A stretch of DNA of 63,048 bases, the filler included, from Octopus bimaculoides (lineage: Eukaryota), in the NCBI RefSeq assembly GCF_001194135.2. It is 6 parts of 6 records of this genome, joined end to end, with 100 filler letters (N's around TTAATTAATTAA, not from the genome) between each part and the next. Parts side by side here need not be neighbours in the genome. Positions count along the whole stretch, not along the records: positions 1 to 26,816 come from NC_068986.1; 5 more parts are not named here. The stretch is one strand, 5' to 3'. How positions within the stretch are numbered: position 1 is the stretch's first letter; the number at the start of each line of letters is the position of its first letter. The notes below the pieces were generated by a model. It had not been told where the DNA came from and did no database searches. It was given only the letters and a program-made list of their open reading frames with translations. A program made the translations under genes and the position numbers. This document shows positions 1-12,852 of this stretch, in pieces.

Positions 1-20
1 TATATATATATATATCTGTA

Positions 21-430
21 TTGGCACAGGTGGGGCTAAGTGTGAAGAAGCTGGCTTTCCAACCTCACTGTTGCGGGTTCAGTCCCACTGCATCGCACCT
101 GGGGCAAGTGTCTCTTACTATAGACCGAGCCTACCAAAGCCTTGTGAGTGGATTCAATTCACGGAAACCGAATGAAGCCCGTCGTATACATACATGTGTG
201 TGTGTATCTATGTGTGTATGTCTTTCTGTTCTTCCCCATCCATCACCGCTTACAACTGGTTTTGCAGTATTTAAGTTCCGTAAGATATCGGTTCATCAAA
301 AGACACCGCTTGAATAAGTACTAGTCATAAGAAATATATCCTGTAAACCATTTGTTCGACTGAAACCCTTCAAGGAAGCGTTTCGGCATGGCCGCCGAGA
401 AATGACTGAAACAAGTAAAAGAAGAAACCA
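21..430 (+). mobile_element. tRNA-headed SINE, family 1 (CORE-like), near full length
   Basis: Head with GGGTTCAGTCCC B-box-like motif, then CACCTGGGGCAAGTGTCT (resembles the CORE motif CCTTGGGCAAGT), internal (TG/TA) microsatellite, 3' end CTGAAACAAGTAAAAG. More than 10 related copies in the window. Confidence 0.8.
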
Positions 431-477
431 ACAAAACAATGTGTGTGTGTGTATGTGTCTGAATATTCTTTTCTACA

Positions 478-677
478 CCAGGCACAAGGCCCTAAATTTT
501 GGGCGGCGGGAAGTCGATAAATCGATTCCACTAAGCTACTCGTACTTAATTTATCGACCCCGAAAGGATGAAAGGCAAAATCGACTTCAGCGGAATTTGA
601 ACACAGAACGTAAATGCAGACGAAATACGCTAAGCATTTCGTCCAGCGTCCTAACGTTTCTGCCAGCTCGCCGCCTT
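478..677 (-). mobile_element. tRNA-headed SINE, family 2 (Meta-domain-like)
   Basis: Minus strand reads AAGGCGGCGAGCTGGCAGAAACGTTAG...GTTCAAATTCCGCTGAAGTCGATTTTGCCTTTCATCCTTTCGGGGTCGATAAA. About 10 copies in the window. The Meta-domain assignment is from memory. Confidence 0.75.
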
Positions 678-819
678 ATGTATCTATGAAAATTACGCAC
701 ACACTCACACAGACATGCGCACTCGCACACGTGTGTGTGTGTGTGTGTGTGTGTTTTGTTGAGAGTGTATTTGCGTGCGTGCCTTTGGTGTATCGTACTT
801 CAACCTGTCTCTGTGCACA

Positions 820-1880
820 TTTCTCCAAATGTTTAATTGTTTATTTCAATATCTTACATCTTTTATTATTAATGTGGTTTATTGAAAACATATTTCTTTC
901 CGTTTACTCTCTCAATCCACGACTTTCCCGGCGTCTGTTGAAATATGATTCAGTTATTTACAGAATTTGTGCATCATTTACCAATATAAACATCAGGGAG
1001 AAGAATGTGTAGAGAGGGACATAAAAAGGAGACGAATATGAAGAAAACAAATTCGAAGAATTTGGAGAAGCAGGAGAAGAAGAAGAAAAAGAAAGAAGAA
1101 AAGAAGGGAAGGAGAAGAAGCATTTTGGTTAAGGTTTACTTGACAATAAAAGATCATATTTGATAATGCATTGGTGCAGAGATTAGCATGCATCCACTCT
1201 ACTAAATTTTCGTTAGATTCCAATCTTTTATGTAGACGAAATAAATTTCTCTCTGATCAAGAAGGCTTACTGCATATCGTTCGGTTTAAGGCATTTTGTT
1301 GAAATGGATTGCAGAAGGTGATGAAGAAGTAATTAGTTTTTAAAATGTGATATTGCTATGAAACACATCGTTAGTTTTGAGGTGAAACCCCCAGATCGCC
1401 GATGTATAATCTATCAAAGCCATAGCTGTTTGCTGTAGGAAGGCGAAACACCGGATTATTCGCTGTCATTAATCACAGAAACACTCTGCCAGAGTCTAAG
1501 CAACAATTGCTGCCTATAGAGCGAGTTTCGATTGACGATTGGAAGGACCAAAAGAAGCCGGTATCAATAGGTGAGAAGGGAAATGGTGTAAGACATATGC
1601 CATATGGCTCTAATACGAAATAACCTTGTGCAATGTATTTGAAGATAGATAGTGCGCGGATTTAAGAAGGTGCAGATGCGGTAATGGCTCACAGTATGAT
1701 ACATGAGCTTGATATAAAGATGTGTTATAGTAACAGACGTACGTGGGAGAGATTTACAGCTTACGTCATTGATAAGACAAACGGTGGGGAAACGTTAACG
1801 ATGCAAATAAAATGACAAGCGAGATAAGCGATGAAGAGAGGTATCGGGGAAAAAGGGGACAAGAACAGAGGAAAATTATA
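820..1880 (-). mobile_element. Decayed 5' part of a Penelope-like element
   Basis: Purine-rich plus strand. Interrupted minus-strand translation (KLAL*AAIVA*TLAECF...RIIRCFAFLQQT...SVNN*IIFQQTPG) loosely resembles the PLE N-terminal region and the LSKGLNFxPTP motif. Many stops. Confidence 0.35.
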
Positions 1881-1909
1881 ACACAGCGTTACATTGTTTT
1901 ACATACATA

Positions 1910-1975
<66 letters not shown>

Positions 1976-1979
<4 letters not shown>

Positions 1980-2160
1980 CATTTATAAGTGTCTGTGCAG
2001 ACGTAAATGTGTGAAAACGACTTTGCTTCCCAACCAAAGGATTCCGGATTCAGCTCTACTGTGTGGCACCTTGGTCAAGTGTCTCGTACTATACGCTCGG
2101 GTCGACCAAACCTTTTGAGTGGATTTGGTAGGGGGAAACAGAAAGAAGCACGTCGTTTAT
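1976..2160 (+). mobile_element. SINE family 1, diverged
   Basis: GTGTGGCACCTTGGTCAAGTGTCT...GAGTGGATTTGGTAG matches the family 1 copies. Confidence 0.75.
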
Positions 2161-2243
2161 ATTTACATCAATATCTTTGGTTTTTGGTCCGTGTGTTTCT
2201 CCCCAGCATCTCTTGAGAAACTGTAGTAGCGTGTTTGTACCAG

Positions 2244-2289
2244 GACACCTGATGAAGGCTGGAGAGTAAATCAGCCGAAACGTTGTGGT
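2244..2289 (+). ncRNA. Minimal type I hammerhead ribozyme motif, family A (older copy)
   Basis: GACAC-CTGATGA-A-GGCTG(gagagtaaat)CAGCC-GAAA-CGTT-GTGGT. Core intact, stem II 5 bp, one mismatch in stem I. The flank to 2340 is homologous to 45552-45650. Confidence 0.75.
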
Positions 2290-3691
2290 AACAACGAACA
2301 AGATGAGGACACATATCCGTCCAATGTAAATAATACGCATGTCGTTAATATGTATTATGTTTTATATGTGTATTAAGATGTATATACTTATATGCATTCG
2401 TGCCAGCGACCAGATATAAATGTATTTTTTACGTATATATGTCTTCACTTACACTTTCTACTATGTACGTATGTTCGATCGTTTTTCTCTTATAGTATCT
2501 TTATTATTATTAATCTTACTCTTTCTACTTTTTGCCTCTCTCTTTCTAGCAACTACTCATCCACTTTCACACCCAGCACCTGTAATATTTGAGTAATCTT
2601 CCAATCCATAAAATACGTTATAAAAGGCATTTTAACGTTGAATTAACCTCTCTCATCCCCTCCCCTTATATATCCTACATCATTTATATTTCTATCTTAT
2701 CCCACTTTTTTTCTTCTTTCACTTCTATTTCTTACTTTTTTCTTCTACGCATATGTTTATCGTGTCTTTCGTTTTCTTTTATCTGTAGCGTTATTTATTA
2801 TCTAATTTCTCATCTCTAGTTCTTATTGTAATTTCAAGTTTTGTATATATCATCTTCAATCTTATTATTCCTTTTAATTATTTGCACTTCCTATTTCCGG
2901 ATATATTTTTATTCCTTTTACGCACAGATTGTTATTTATTTATTTATTATTGTTTCTTCGAATGTTAACGTTTACCCCCATCAGGCATCCAACCAACACC
3001 GTTATTTCTTTCAAATCAGACACTCAGTCAAATTCAATTGCCCATTCATTGAAATGAACTGCTCACATTGTATTATAGTATTCAATATGCACCTATACAA
3101 TTTGGTCACGTGAAACTCCGAGTAACAAAATTAAGTCCAGTTGGAATATGTCTGAGATGAATTTGAACTGGAAAGTTTTTTTTTTTTATGTGGTTTGTCG
3201 GGGTTTAAGACAATACCGTGCTATACACATTAATCATCTGGAATGATGGGTGGAATTCGATCTCGTTTTTTCTCTCCAGTACGAGATACAAAGAGAGGCA
3301 ACTCTGCTAGGACTAAGAAGCAAGTCTTCCTTTATAGTACATCAGTAAATATCAGCCAGCAACTACATGCCGAGGCCGTACAAAATGCAGAGTAGATGCT
3401 CGAGGCAGTGAAAGAAAGTATACGAACGAAAGTGAAGTTAAAATATGTTCCAGAGTTATTTGCTTAAAAAAGAATCTTGCATGAGATTAGATCTGTATTA
3501 GATCTGTATCAGATCCGTCTCTCTTGACCTGATGGACTCGTGTGCCGTCTTCTAAACTATATATCAAGGGAAGTAACTCCACAGGATAAACCGCTCAGAA
3601 ATGTCTTTACAGGTTCAGATGACATACACAAACACATGCAAACAAACATGTGCAGACACACATGCAAACATCCATCCGTCCATACATACAT

Positions 3692-3729
3692 CCTGTCTGT
3701 CGAAGAGCGTAGGCTCGAAACGTAATGGA
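3692..3729 (+). ncRNA. Hammerhead-like motif, family B (core variant CUGUCGA), in a pseudo-LTR-like repeat (~3690-3830)
   Basis: CTGTCGA-A-GAGC(gtag)GCTC-GAAA-CGTA. Weak stem I. Homologous inverted copy at 10906-11070. Confidence 0.55.
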
Positions 3730-5315
3730 CTTTTTCATTTTTCCCGAGCATTAAACTAATACACTTGCTTGTTGTTCCTACACTTTCTCTCAGTCTTTTG
3801 TGTACTGTAAATTTGAACTACACACACACCCACATAACGCAAAACCAAATATGAATGCTCGAAAGACAAATCCAAACATGAAATACAATGGAGATTCGCA
3901 TCTAATATTCTCAGACGTTCAAGGAACAGTTTAAAAGCTATAGGGTTAAAGTATGAATCTTGAAACATATTCCTTACTCACGTAACACCCACCAAAGTAT
4001 AATATACGCAGTGTAGTTTCTAGAAAAACGCTAACCTGGTCTATGATAAATCGCTTCCTAAGTATTTTATAAGATCAAACGTAATATCGATATTAATTGA
4101 TATCTTTGATATAATTTCATTATAAAAAGAAAGTCCATCCTTGATAGAATTTCTTCTGATTCTCTCATTCCGTAATAACCGGTTCCCGGTTGGTTAAAGG
4201 ATATCCTGACATAATACTGACAAAAGATAATTGGAAGGCACAAATAGCTTGATGCATAAAAAGCATCCGGCAATTGTGAGGACATTGTTAACTCAAGTCT
4301 TGTTATTGCTAGAATAGCTTATACATATTTATAAATAAATAGGTAAATACGGAATGGCATGTGCCCACTCTTTAACTCTGTAGCCACACCAAGGACATCT
4401 CGAGTGATGTGTCACGGTATATAAATGAATTATTGTCTCCAGAGGTTGATTCAACATTAGATAAAGATGAACATTGCAACATCTTTGCACCAATATTAAA
4501 CCACGTAATAGACATACACAAGCGCCTATTTATATAGTTGCTATAAATATATTAACTTGTCCATAATTTGTTTTTATTAAATAATTACATATAATTTGTA
4601 GTTGTTTAATACTTTTCGAGTTACTTCTGTTTAAAAACATTGAAGAGAAATGTCGTAATTGCTTCTCTTATGAATTAGTGCAATACCCAACATGGTGATT
4701 GTGCGAGAGGTTTAAGATATTACTGTGATTGCTCTTATTGTAATAAATCCTTAGCGGTGACGGAGTACTTTTAGCTTACGCAACTAAATCGTTATAGTAT
4801 ATGTATGCATGCGCGTGCGGGTGCGGGAATGTATATATGTGTGTGTGTAAGGATCAAGTATATATGCTTGTGCCTATTTGCGTGTGTGTGTATTTATATA
4901 ACAATATTCTTACTACTACTATACTAATGCAATGGTTACTATAACAACATGCAAAGAACCACTTAGAGAATTAAGCAAAGCACAATCCTGCTATAGTGCA
5001 GTTCTTTAATCTTTTTGCACATGTGAAATGTCGTGTCTCCATTCTCTAGAATGGAATTCAAGAAACATTCATGGATCGAATAATTAAAATCTGTGTATGG
5101 CATCAAGAATAGCAAAATGGTTTCCATCGCAGCCGCTCCGTCATTGCGCTGCCTCCGAAGTTGTACTCAAAGATTTGGAATTAGAATTACATGGACGCTC
5201 TTCAACACAACTACTGTGTGCGTATAATACATAAATGAGTAACTGAGGATATATCTGTCTCTGTGTGTGCGTGTGCGTGTGTGCGTGCGTGCGTGCGTGT
5301 GTGTGTGTGTGTGTG

Positions 5316-5358
<43 letters not shown>

Positions 5359-5379
5359 TTCACTTTATTTCATTTTATT

Positions 5380-5980
5380 GCTCCAGCCCACTCAGTTGGC
5401 AAAAATGTGTAGTACCAGTAATTCACAGGAGCAGCCTTGTCATATTNNNNNNNNNNNNNNNNNNNNNNNNNNNNNNNNNNNNNNNNNNNNNNNNNNNNNN
5501 NNNNNNNNNNNNNNNNNNNNNNNNNNNNNNNNNNNNNNNNNNNNNNNNNNNNNNNNNNNNNNNNNNNNNNNNNNNNNNNNNNNNNNNNNNNNNNNNNNNN
5601 NNNNNNNNNNNNNNNNNNNNNNNNNNNNNNNNNNNNNNNNNNNNNNNNNNNNNNNNNNNNNNNNNNNNNNNNNNNNNNNNNNNNNNNNNNNNNNNNNNNN
5701 NNNNNNNNNNNNNNNNNNNNNNNNNNNNNNNNNNNNNNNNNNNNNNNNNNNNNNNNNNNNNNNNNNNNNNNNNNNNNNNNNNNNNNNNNNNNNNNNNNNN
5801 CAGCATCGCTTGACAACTGATGCTGGTATGTTTTCGTCCTTGTAACTTAGCAGTTCAGCAAAGGATCGATAGAATACATACTAGGCTTACAAAGACTAAG
5901 TCCTGGAGGTCGATTTTTTTCGACTAAAGACGGTGTTCCAATATGGCCACAAATTCCCGAAACAAGTGAAAGAATAAAAG
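5380..5980 (+). mobile_element. SINE family 1 spanning an assembly gap
   Basis: Degenerate head before the gap (5447-5800); tail CAGCATCGCTTGACAACTGATGCTGG...CCCGAAACAAGTGAAAG after it. Confidence 0.6.
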
Positions 5981-7374
5981 AAAAAGATATATATATTGTT
6001 ATAATAAGGATATTTGAACCTGTTATAAGAATACTAATCCAACATACACTTGTTTAATATATTATATCTTGAAGAGATAATTCTTCAATGAATATATTAT
6101 ATGAAATATTGTAAAATATCAAACATTACTATCGAGAGAGATCTAAACAGAGAGATCTAATAGATACAAATTAATTTATTGTTTAAGCAACGAATTCACC
6201 AACAAGTGTTTCATATCACTAGGTTAAAATTACAAAATACATATAAATATATAATTTTGCATTTTAAAATACCTTGTATGGAAAATCATCAGGATGCACA
6301 AAAGACAATAAGGATTACATTAGGATATGTATATATATTAAATCTGTGTGTGTGAAAAATTAAGTATGCTATTATCACGTATGTTTTAGGTGGAATGGAA
6401 AAATCCAACGGATGTTAATGTATATTCACCCATTTTTATCTTCCTGAATGACGTGTTTTTGAACTTATAAATTAGAAGATAAAAGTACTCAATACTTGAA
6501 GTTGAATATCATATTAGATCAGAAGTCTGAACAATTTTAGCATTCCAAATTTCTTGCTAGTAGCCTATTTGCATCTAGTGTCGTATCGATCCATACAACT
6601 CGAAATAGAATCCATATTATGTAATTTAAATCAGGGACTACGGTGTGTTTAACTCGAACCAGACTGGGCGGCTACGCTCTGATATAATGAAAAACCTAAA
6701 CTAAATCGTTGAATGTGTCATATATAATTCTTGGACATCAGGGAAATGTGTCCTGATTATTGCATGTGATACACAGTAAAGTGCAATGCAAAACGAATAA
6801 ATTCCAACAGATGACACTTGCTTTATTTTACCAACGTCGTTACTGAGTCAAACGTTTTCTAACAAACCTTGATCGAAATAGAATCTCTGAAGTTAGACCA
6901 ATCTTCATTTTGTTTTGTATTATAGTATTCCATTTTTTATTTGAGAACAAACCCAACCGAATGACTAAGGGGACAAGAAGGGGGAAGCGAACCCCTCCTT
7001 TTTTTTTCGAATGTCATAAATGCAGAGACGAAATAATTCACTATCAACTGAAGCTGCATTCATTAGATTATTTAGTTCGTAAAAGCTGGTAAAAGTAATG
7101 GAAATCTTGTTGGTTTTATTCTCTCAAAATATCCTGAAATCTATGAAATCAACAGGAATTCCATCTCATCACATTTTATTCCTCTATTTAAAGCAATGGA
7201 GAATAAACGGAGATGGCTTCTACGTTTACGTGGAAGTGTGTATGTAATGGTGAGAGACAGCACTTTTTTTTCAAAACCTTAACGAAGTAATTGTTAGGAA
7301 GCCCATAAGCAAAAGCGAACTTCCGCATTTTCTCTTTTCCGCAATCTCTCTTTCTTTCTCTTGCACACAAACTA

Positions 7375-7480
<106 letters not shown>

Positions 7481-8689
7481 AATATACCTTATATACCCCT
7501 GAATCTCTTTCGTTCGTTAATTCTCTCCAATACCTCCCTCTCTCTTTCTCTCGCTCGATTCCCTCAACCTCTACTAAATCTAATTCTAAATATATTGATT
7601 GGTAGATAACACATATATCGTTTAAATATCTTTGTCAAAACAATACTTTGTTCTATCCAGGTTTCCCCATTCCATTATATGAGAAGAAAGCAATTCACGT
7701 AATATTCTATTAAATATAAAGAATATGCAATTTGTGGTGAACAGTGGGGGAGAAATATGGCGTGCAATATACTCTGATTGTAGGAGAAGTAATATGATAA
7801 ATTGGTAGATATATTGTGAACGAAAATTACATTCCTTGCAACCTGTTTACCGTTGGAAGTTGAAATATTAATAAATTATCTCCCCTCCCAGACCCCTCTC
7901 CGGCGAAACCATATTGTTTCATTGTATTATGCATACGTTTAACAAATTGCAACGTTCAGACATACAGAACTGGCGATGAAATAATATGTAATATCTACCG
8001 TTTACGAAGTTAAGTGATGTTGATTACATTTTTACCATTCTGTTATCAATGAGGTTTCGTTACTTTTATGAGTACTACATGATATTTTTGTTTTGCTTTT
8101 TTACGGCCGCCCTTTTTTATTATTTATGTTAGTTTTGCTGTTTTATTTATTTCCATTTTTAACAATAGCGTGATTGCTTGAAAAGCATTTATCGTGCCTC
8201 CTAGATTACCAAACAGTAACGAGCTAATGTATATTCAGTAAAAGAAGGTAAGTGCTGTTGAATTAGAGGGAAGCTTCAAGGAATTTGACTCAGCAGTGAC
8301 CTGTTAATGTCACTGTTATTTTACTTATTTATTTAGTTATGTTTGTCTGTGTGTTGGGAGCGGTTCCTGCTAGATCAGCTATTTACGTCGATAGTAATTC
8401 TGCAAAGGGTGCACACGCAGTAAATAACCTTCCGCATGATTTGCTCTCTGATATACCTATCTCCTTTTCAGATGACGAAGTTAATGTTTCGGGGGGTGTT
8501 TGAAGGCACAAAAGAGAGAAAAAAATGTAAACCAAGAAATACCGAGGATGTTTCTTTGAGATCCTTCAAAGTGCAAAAAAAATGTAAAGAAAAAAAATAG
8601 ATGTCTAATTTCAATGAAGCCACATGTAACATCTTAAGTGGTGAAAGGATACTCTGCAATAAAATTTCATGGAGGTGAACTGTGAGAAT

Positions 8690-8830
8690 TGTTAAACAAA
8701 CTAAACAAAAGGCGTAGCGACATTTCTTACAAGTTTACGCTGTGAATTTATGTTCCGCCGACGTCGACTTTCATCATTTCAGCTTCGATAAAATAATACC
8801 AGTTGAGCATAGAGCTCGATAAAATCGATT
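8690..8830 (+). mobile_element. SINE family 2, diverged
   Basis: TTCCGCCGACGTCGACTTTCATCATTTCAGCTTCGATAAAATAATACCAGTTGAGCA. Confidence 0.55.
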
Positions 8831-9768
8831 AGTTTCCCACCAGAAACTACAGTAGAAAGGAAACTGATATCTAACATCTGACTAAAACACGAGATGATCA
8901 TAGCTACACTCAAATCTCACCATATGCCTAACAGAACAACGTGCTGCCCAATCCTGAATTCGACCAGTTCTCAAATTATCTTGTTCCCAACGCAGTAAGT
9001 ATTCGGCAACAAAGCTTGAAAAACGGTAATATAGCTTTATTGAACACAATGTTCATAACAGAAATGATCACTGAATATAGGGCAGAACGTTCCGATATCT
9101 TACACATTGGTTGTTGGTGGTTCAACATTGAAGAGAAACACGGGAATATTTGATCGTAAATATAGAAGTCAGCCATTAATTCTTGGTCGAGTTATTACTT
9201 TTATGTCTTGATGTTTTATAATTAAAGTGTCGTCTGATAAATGTCAGCATTCATTCTCTGTTTTATTTTCCTATTGATTTGTTACTTTTCATTTCCATAC
9301 ATTACTTCTCCGCTTAATTATTACAATTCTAATTTTATTACTTATTATCAAAAACAGATTCCAAATAAATTTCTCATTCAGCAATAGACCTCTTCAAATG
9401 GTGATGTATCTTATGAAGAGACGATTTCGAACAACGAAGACTCCCATAACACCCGTCTCATCACACCTACTATACAGTTTAGATATTAAAATAGAAGTTG
9501 TGTCGTTCATATAAATGATACATTGTCTTCAGGTGAAAGGTTAAATTGCTTTTATTGTGATTCTTTACATATATTTTCTTAATTTATGTATTTCAATAAT
9601 TTCTCTCAATATTATCACTTCCTGGCAACTGGTCAACTGTAGTGAATATATTTGTATAACAGTGTATTTGAATCAACAAAAATAAAGAACTTTTATGAAG
9701 TGATGAGGTCAATTGGTGTGTTACTTTGGGTGAATAACATAACTAGTGACCTAAAACAGTCTTCCCTG

Positions 9769-9882
<114 letters not shown>

Positions 9883-10869
9883 GAGAGAGAGATATTGTGT
9901 ATTTGTTTTACAGATTTCTATATTGAAATAAGAATTTTCAACGTGACTCAGAACATCCAAAATATTTTGCAGTGAGGGTAGCAAATAACGTGTCTGGAGT
10001 TCTGCGAACTTCTTAAGCAGAGGCTCTTTGTGAAGTTCCGTGAGACAAATAATTTAATGTAGCTATATAATGAACGGTAGAGATAGTTTCTGACAGCTGT
10101 TTCTAGAAAATCTCAACTATTGGAACATCTAAGTATGCTGTGATCGGAGAGAATCGTTAGATTGTAGGCCATAGCGAGTGACAACGGATGCTAGCAGTTC
10201 CAAATTTTGAAAAATACTGAGAGGAAGAAGAATGTAGTACACCTTTGGTTACAGAAAGATATGCAGAAAGATATTTGTACTAGATATATACTAGTTGGTA
10301 TAACGAGGGGTACTCTCGCCCAGAGATGTTTGGCGGTGTTTGCGTAAAGACAGATAAATAAGGGAAAATTAAGCAGACGTCAGACCTACGAGCTAGGTTG
10401 CAGTGGGAGGCGGGGGTGGAGGTGATAAAGCGGTTGTAAAGATAATAGATGCCCAATATATTAAGTAGTCGATTTTACTAGAGGGGACGGGAGAATCGGG
10501 GCTGACTCGGAGTTGATGAAGTTTTCTTCCACTATTACGTATGTTTGACCTATCTCTCTAAGGTGACGGTATACTCAACATATACAATCTTCGCTCTACA
10601 CGGTGTTCCAATAATTGGGATACCAATGAAACAGCTTTCAGAGACTGTCCCTACATTTTATTTTACAGTTAAATTAAATGCCATTGTGAAGTCTTGCTAA
10701 TTTGTTTGCCTTTCGACTTTAAACTCTACCCACAGTCTAAAAAGGAAACCATTTCTAGCCGGTATGATAAAGCATTCGCAATCTCACAACTTGAACTGCA
10801 GTTCACACCGTTTTTCACCTATTTGGGCATTCAGAGCACATACCTAGTTTGAGCTACTCTGGTGAAATC

Positions 10870-10905
<36 letters not shown>

Positions 10906-10908
<3 letters not shown>

Positions 10909-11070
10909 GACAATTTACGAAGAAAAACAACAGACGAAGACAGGTGGTGTAAACAACAAATGGATGTATTAGTTTAACGCTCGGGAATAGAGAAAGTCTT
11001 TGACGTTTCGAGCCTACACACTTCGACTGAAAGGAACACAGAAAGAAGTGAGAAAAACAAGGAGAAAAAA
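10906..11070 (-). mobile_element. Pseudo-LTR-like repeat carrying a degenerate family B hammerhead motif (10998-11033)
   Basis: Minus strand CTTT-CAGTCGA-A-GTGT(gtag)GCTC-GAAA-CGTC-AAAG. Downstream sequence aligns with 3725-3800. Confidence 0.55.
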
Positions 11071-11105
11071 AAATATATGTATGTGTGTGTGTGTATGTAT
11101 GTATG

Positions 11106-11147
<42 letters not shown>

Positions 11148-11245
11148 ATTTGGTGAGAGCTATGTTGCCAGTTTAGCCAATGAAAACACGTACTATTTAT
11201 TTGACGTTCACTTGCTCGACCTTTATTTTATATTAATTGTATTTC

Positions 11246-11289
11246 GACCTGAGTACTTTCGTCACACTTCTGTGACCTCATCAATGGTC
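11246..11289 (-). ncRNA. Hammerhead motif, family C (degenerate)
   Basis: Minus strand GACCA-TTGATGA-G-GTCACA(gaag)TGTGAC-GAAA-GTACTC-AGGTC. Perfect 6-bp stem II, 4-bp stem I, palindromic GAGTACTC-like stem III, C3 substituted. Confidence 0.6.
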
Positions 11290-12662
11290 CAGTGCTTTCT
11301 TCTTTATTTTTTATATCTCTCCTTACTAACAATCTGCCGTTCTGTATTCCTCTTGCATATATCTTTATTTACACGTTAGTATACCGCTGCCTGTGTCTAT
11401 GCTTAGTGTTAATTTGGGAATGTGTATGGTACCTGCATTATCAGTACCCACTCTTTATTCACGTTCGTGTACTTTCCTTTCATTTATTTCATTCATTTGT
11501 TTTACTTTGTAAATATATATTTCTTGAATTACATTTATTTATCTGTGTATTGTATTAGGTTCATATTAGTATCAATTCTATATATATATATATATATATA
11601 TATCGATTCGGATGAATACGGTACTTAGGTTGAGGCACCAGAATTTAGTACACTATTATCGATACAATTTTAAAATAAGGTGATTAAAATCAAAATAAGC
11701 AACAAGGATATCCAGAGGTAATGCAGTACGATGGCTTCAAGCAACTCCATTTAATTGAACATTGCAACCATTTCATCAATTTGAATGCAGTGCAATCCTC
11801 AGCTGCACAAAGACAGAATTTAATCAAATTAAAACAGATGGACTTTTTTCAGTTTACCGTTATTCGATACGGAAAAATGCCACAGCTTTCTTCACCAACA
11901 AGCAACTATTCATTCCGAAACTTGTATTTATAAGTATTAAACAAAATCAGGTAACAAAGCCAAGATTGTGAGGAGTTTTCAGAACATTTATAAGGAAAAC
12001 TCCTCATACCCTTGAATCATATCTGTTTTTGTCTTATATATATGCATGCTAATACTATAATACTACATGGCCCACAAACTCCTCACTCGTTTCACGATCG
12101 AAACAAGACTTTAACTATGGTCTGTCCTTAGCATTATTTAGCATTACCTGCCACTCTTTGGGTTTTCTAGATAACAATAACTTTATATATATACATATAT
12201 ATATATATATTTAAGGATTAAATATTCAAACGAATATTCATATAGATTTTTTTATTGCTCTTACCACGAGCGGCAATTATAAATAATTGATAATAATAAC
12301 AGTAAATATATAGGGGGTAGCCAGCAAAAATTGTATTAAATAGCTAGAGAATAAAATTTATAACAGAGACACCACGAAGTGGTTTCGTTGAGGGTTTAGC
12401 TCCTCTTTCTAGCAAGTAGCCCTCTATTTTAATTAATTATATATATATATACACACACAAATAAACACACAAACACACATATGAGAGTAAATGAAATTCA
12501 ATGTAGACGTTTAAGTTTAAGCCGTAATATACAATCCACTATCAGCAGGTGTAATCACAGTAACATTTTCAAGAGGTGATATTCTAAGCCCGAACTCGAA
12601 AATAACCAATAGGATCCACTGGCGACTGGGATGCATAGTTATAAATTGAATTTGGTCCTTAC

Positions 12663-12693
12663 ATATCTTCGATATCCAGCCAGAACTTGAAAT
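12663..12693 (-). CDS. Candidate small exon (xFKFWLDIEDx)
   Basis: ctttccag|ATTTCAAG...GAAGATAT|gtaagg. The peptide is reminiscent of the RGS-domain FWxxxE motif but too short to assign. Confidence 0.2.
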
Positions 12694-12814
12694 CTGGAAA
12701 GTTGTTTTATTCTAGTGTGAGAACTATGAGATCGTACCTAGCCATGTCTGGTTTCCTACATGTTGATGTGCCTTGATTCTTAAGAATTTCCATAACTATA
12801 TATATATATTTATA

Positions 12815-12852
<38 letters not shown>

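Noticed and set aside
1765-1800. TTGATAAG...GAAACGTT hammerhead-like remnant
   Set aside because: No stem II and a corrupted core; cannot be distinguished from chance.
12360-12425. Hammerhead-like GAAACCAC(ttc)GTGGT hairpin on the minus strand
   Set aside because: No CUGANGA core, and the base at the cleavage position is G.
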